Shown piece after piece: positions 59,992 through 64,000 of a stretch of 64,000 nt of DNA (position 1 is the first letter of the stretch; every line of letters starts with the position of its first letter). A model generated the notes under the pieces. It worked only from the letters and a program-made list of their open reading frames with translations. It was not told the DNA's origin and ran no database searches. Made by a program: the position numbers and the translations under genes. Source of the stretch: Amoebidium appalachense (Eukaryota > Protista > Ichthyosporea); contig CAVNZM010000017.1 of the NCBI GenBank assembly GCA_963693365.1, positions 969,989-1,033,988 of the forward strand. Direction: 5' to 3'.

Positions 59992-60822
59992 ATGGGTGGC
60001 ATGCACTTTGGCTCCCCCATAACATCGTTTTCAGCACCCGTTATGAATGAAGACACCAACTTCCACGCTTCAATGTCGGATTTTGTAAACGGGACGGTAC
60101 CGGAATTTCCCGATTTCACAACGGCAGCAAACACCCCCCCAGGTACAAATAACGTGTCTTTGGGCACCACACCGGATTTCTCTTTCAGCCCACTACCACC
60201 GGTAGACTTCCAACCTCAACATTCGAATGACGTGCTGAAAAATGAGGCCACTGGAGAGAACAACGGTGAGCAAACGGGGGATGAGCTGGGGGGTGAGCTC
60301 TCGCACGGGGACAAGCGAAAGCGGAATTGTGTGGCGAGTGCGCGGTTCCGTCAGAAGAAAAAACAAGAAATGCAGATGTTGGAAGAGATAGCCACCCGGA
60401 AGACGGAGGAGTGCGAAAAGTTGACGCAGGAAGTGAAAATGCTGCAGAATGAGATACACTACCTCAAGCAGTTTATGCATTTGAGCGCCGTTTCGGGGGG
60501 GAATAATGTTAACACCGCCATGCTCCAAAACCAAACCATGGCAGCGCAAATGGCTGCCTACATGGCTGCAATGGCCCAACCTCAATTCAACGCACCGGCA
60601 CCAGCGCCCACAGCATCAAACGACGCGCAAAACCTACTCCTTGCAACATTGGCGGCAAGTACTTTTTCTATTGGTTTGACCTCCACCGCCTCAACCTTTG
60701 CGGCACCTGCACCCCTTCCACCCGTGAGCAGTGGGTCATCTCTTGGTGATGTGTCTTCGATGGGAAGCATGTTTGCGGGTATGAATGGGTATGGATATAT
60801 GCCTACCGGGTATCCTAATTGA
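59992..60822 (+). CDS. Intronless bZIP transcription factor (MetR/CYS-3/Zip1- or ATF4-like); start codon uncertain
   Basis: Basic region DKRKRNCVASARFRQKKKQE plus leucine zipper LEE..TRKTEECEKLTQEVKMLQNEIHYLKQ. TATA-like CTATTTAA at 59820 lies inside the longer ORF call, which favours a start at 59992, 60001 or 60043. Confidence 0.85.
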   Translation: MGGMHFGSPITSFSAPVMNEDTNFHASMSDFVNGTVPEFPDFTTAANTPPGTNNVSLGTTPDFSFSPLPPVDFQPQHSNDVLKNEATGENNGEQTGDELGGELSHGDKRKRNCVASARFRQKKKQEMQMLEEIATRKTEECEKLTQEVKMLQNEIHYLKQFMHLSAVSGGNNVNTAMLQNQTMAAQMAAYMAAMAQPQFNAPAPAPTASNDAQNLLLATLAASTFSIGLTSTASTFAAPAPLPPVSSGSSLGDVSSMGSMFAGMNGYGYMPTGYPN

Positions 60823-61812
60823 GTTGTAACTTTATGGAGAGATGTACTTTTGTTGCGGGGTGTAAGGTGTTGAGATAGGGTTGTGGGTAGTACCGGCCGA
60901 GAACACGTAGGTTATGATCATGCATGTAATATTATGAAGGCAGTAGTAGGTTGTTCGTGTTTACGAACTCTTGTGGTTAATTGATATTTTTGTGTTTATT
61001 GTTTTGTAGATTTTATGGTAGTGTATACACGTATGTTTAATAATGATAATATTAGTGCTGTTTACGTGTGTTACTTGATAGCTGTACAATAATCACGCTG
61101 GTGTAGGCACGTATGGATCCAGACATCTTAAAAGTTATAGGGGTATGATGTGAGAGAGGATGTTGTCTACCTCTAGACGTCGACATCGTACAGCCGTAGG
61201 TGCTGGAAAAGTGAGGAAGTCTTTATGGCTTTAATTATAACATACTATGAACGGTTTTTGTATTTGATCCTGAATACATGTGTCGTTCGCAATTTTGACA
61301 ACTGCACTCCCCCACCCCCCCCCCCCTTGTTTCACCCTTCCCCCTATAATCTGCCCTTGGTGGCTGCGTTATGTTTGCGTTTGAATGCTGACCCCACTTA
61401 GCCTAACAGCTTTATGAGGGTTTCTGGTGCACCCCACCAATGGCATTCGTGTGCACGAAGAGTGCTGAAGTGAACTAACCGGTGCATATGGCCCAGGTGA
61501 GTTTTTGGAGCAAGCAGAATGAATCAGATGGAATTTCTAGTACCTGGCCCAGTTAGGCAATGATGTGTTTTTTTGGGGGGGTTGCAGTGGAGGGAGGGGG
61601 CTTGAAAGAATTTGTTGTTGAACATGAAACTTCAACTTCCACGGCCCTGTACGCTTAAGTACAACTGGGTGGCTTTATTTAGAGTTCGCTTATATATGAT
61701 ACAAACTTACACACATATATATACTGAGTAATTTTCGACTTAGCACATTTGTACATTCAATTACTCACCGGCTGCTTACACCAAACTGCTATATATGGCA
61801 ACACCGGCAGCA

Positions 61813-62727
61813 TTAACATGCATGAATGCACTCAGCTATGTGCCTCGCCGCTTCCTTTGCACTCAGTCTCTTGGCGGGGTTATGCTCCAACAACATATGA
61901 AGGATCATAACCACGGCCCGCGGGAGGCTTTGCCATCTCTTTTGCTCACCGGGTGAGTGTGTTCCTGTGAGCAAGAGAGAATACTCGGGGTCATTTTCGA
62001 TCGCCTTGCTCCAGGGGAACCGTCCAGTAAGTAGGCTGTACAAAACTATCCCGGCTGACCACACGTCGCATTTTGTAAGATCGTTGGCCTTTCCAGCGAA
62101 GATTTCAGGGGCGAGATATGGTACTGTCCCTGACGCGCGCCCGATGGCTTCTTTGTCGTCCAGACGGCTGGCATATCCAAAGTCGATGAGTTTGAGTGTG
62201 CGTCGGTCTTCGGTCAAGACACAGTTCTCCCCTTTCACGTCACGGTGTACAAAACCGTGTGAATGCAACGCGTCCAGCGCGGAAAAAAGTTGAAATGAAT
62301 AGTATAGTGCTATACGTGGGTTGAGCCCGGTGTCGGGGGGGATATTGTCAAGAAGATCACCACCGGAATAGTAGGGAAGAACAAATACGACCGTGTTGTT
62401 CTCTAGGTGTCTCGTTTCAATGAGCTCACCGATGTTTTTGTGCTTTAGTGATGTTGCGGCGAAGTGAACAGCCTCTTCACGCGCTAGCTCACTGACGTTG
62501 TTTCTTGTTCTCTTGACGCGTTTTAGCACTACGGTTTGGAGTGTAACTTGGTCAACAGCAATATCTACACAGCCACTTGCACCGGAACGAACATTAGGGC
62601 GAACGACATGGTAGCGTTGTGAGATTGAGCGTTGTCTGCCGGTAGAGTGTGAAAGGGATGATGATATTGTGGGTGCATACGAGTTTTGTAGCGCGCGCTG
62701 TGCGGGTGACACGCTAGTTACCGCCAT
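61813..62727 (-). CDS. Intronless Ser/Thr protein kinase, CAMK group, Chk1-like catalytic domain
   Basis: VVLK, GGDLLDNIPPDTGL, HRDVKGEN, LKLIDFG, GTVPYLAPE, DVWSAGIVLYSLLTGRFPW; 304 aa. Confidence 0.9.
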   Translation of the reverse strand: MAVTSVSPAQRALQNSYAPTISSSLSHSTGRQRSISQRYHVVRPNVRSGASGCVDIAVDQVTLQTVVLKRVKRTRNNVSELAREEAVHFAATSLKHKNIGELIETRHLENNTVVFVLPYYSGGDLLDNIPPDTGLNPRIALYYSFQLFSALDALHSHGFVHRDVKGENCVLTEDRRTLKLIDFGYASRLDDKEAIGRASGTVPYLAPEIFAGKANDLTKCDVWSAGIVLYSLLTGRFPWSKAIENDPEYSLLLTGTHSPGEQKRWQSLPRAVVMILHMLLEHNPAKRLSAKEAARHIAECIHAC

Positions 62728-63159
62728 TGTTTCCTAGCTGGTGGTGTCTGTATAATATCACAACCAGGAAAACAGGCATAAAGTGCAAAAAAGTCAGAAT
62801 AAATCACTCACATGACTCAAGAGTCTCAGCTGTCTAGACTTTGACTCAAAAGAGGTCATGGCTTGTTATATAGTGCCACATCATTGCACTTTATTGGCCG
62901 CTCCCTCCGGCCAATCCGGAAACACAACATGTGCCCCAGACTGGATATGTACCGTGCCTGCCTTTCTGTCCGCGCACAAGATACCCAAATCTGCGTCGCG
63001 GCCGCTGGCACAGATGAGTGTAGACTTAGAGACCTACTTCTCTTCAATATACTGTACTTACATTTCGCGTTGACTAGAGCACTGCTATATATTAGGTTAT
63101 TTTCATAAATTACTATATTGCGTTCTTGACGGGACCGGGCGCTTTCGGAAACAAAAAAA

Positions 63160-63415
63160 GAAAAATCTTGTACGCGGCACGTCATCCGCGGCTATTGAGC
63201 TGTTAGCCAATCGGGTTTCAGTTTCGCATACTCTATATTTGGCTATTTATCAATTCGGAGGAGAAAATCGGTGAGCATTCATCCAATCGAACTTGATTTA
63301 TGATTTCCTACAAAACGATTGGCTCAGGAAGTTAGGAATTTAAAAATGAGTAAACAGACCATCCTATTGGAGGGAAGGTGTATTCGGAAAACCAATCGCT
63401 AGGGCGGAAAAAACT
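63160..63415. promoter_or_regulatory. CCAAT-box-rich promoter upstream of the kinase
   Basis: Several CCAAT/ATTGG copies between ~63207 and ~63396, plus AATCTTGTACGCGG at 63164. Confidence 0.45.
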
Positions 63416-64000
63416 CGAGTGAGATCTCCGCTGTGACGGTGTGATCCCGTTATCACGCAAGTCCGGTGTCACAGAAACACAAAACAGGTTGCAGAAGTAG
63501 CAATCGCTGACATTATAGGAGTAACAATAAAACCATACATCCGTACCTCTTCCATCTTTACATGAACTATGAACAAGAAACTACACGTCTGCGAGACTGT
63601 TGCCAACCATGCATTATTGCAACGCCCCGCTAACACCCAGGAATGTCCAGTGGAATGCGGGGTGCCCGACCCCGCGGGGGATATCCGATATCCGGACAGT
63701 TCACTGATTGAGCTCAGCCTCAGAGGAGGCTTCCCCACATCTTGAAAGTATTTACATAGCTCCTTCACACTTGAAATGGTCTTGAATTCACACTTCATTG
63801 CCCTTGACGACGCTTTCATTGAATTTCATTGTATCCAAGCGTACTTACAGTAACTTTGGCTGGGTTTGCCCCCCCCCCCCCCCCCTCTGGGGGGGGGGGG
63901 GGGGGGGGGCTTTTCAAGGGCTTTCCATGACCAGGGTGGCCATGGGGAGGCCTAGGGCGGGGGGCAACTCTCCATACTCACGCATACACTGGGTCACACT

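Noticed and set aside
63469-63819. 116-aa minus-strand ORF
   Set aside because: No recognisable motif or clear splice context.

Overview
Eukaryotic nuclear DNA with GT-AG spliceosomal introns, CCAAT/TATA/E2F-type promoters and non-LTR retroelements. The gene set looks opisthokont-like, possibly a unicellular holozoan or early-diverging fungus (inference only). Introns and intergenic DNA are packed with (CA/GT)n, (GA/CT)n, (GCAC)n and long C/G/A/T homopolymers, so most of the supplied ORFs are microsatellite noise. Genes spliced by hand: F-box/LRR protein (+), 8-exon PrpF-family isomerase (-), GT47/exostosin glycosyltransferase (-), 11-exon importin-alpha (+) and 5-exon AKAP17A-like protein (+). 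Intronless genes: a MetR/Zip1-like bZIP factor (+), a Chk1/CAMK-like kinase (-) and a small secreted protein (+). There is also a Cys-rich secreted-protein pseudogene. Mobile DNA: two decayed convergent LINE-like RT elements, two inverted copies of a TIR-bounded palindromic minisatellite element, and a ~270-bp hairpin MITE that appears to sit inside a coding exon. The most unusual signal is in intron architecture. Introns carry diverged tandem 'echoes' of neighbouring exon ends and splice sites. These include two CAG|GTAAGC zero-length-exon (recursive-splicing-like) junctions and an in-frame 24-nt echo micro-exon in importin-alpha. All models are by eye, and homopolymer lengths and some indels may be sequencing errors.
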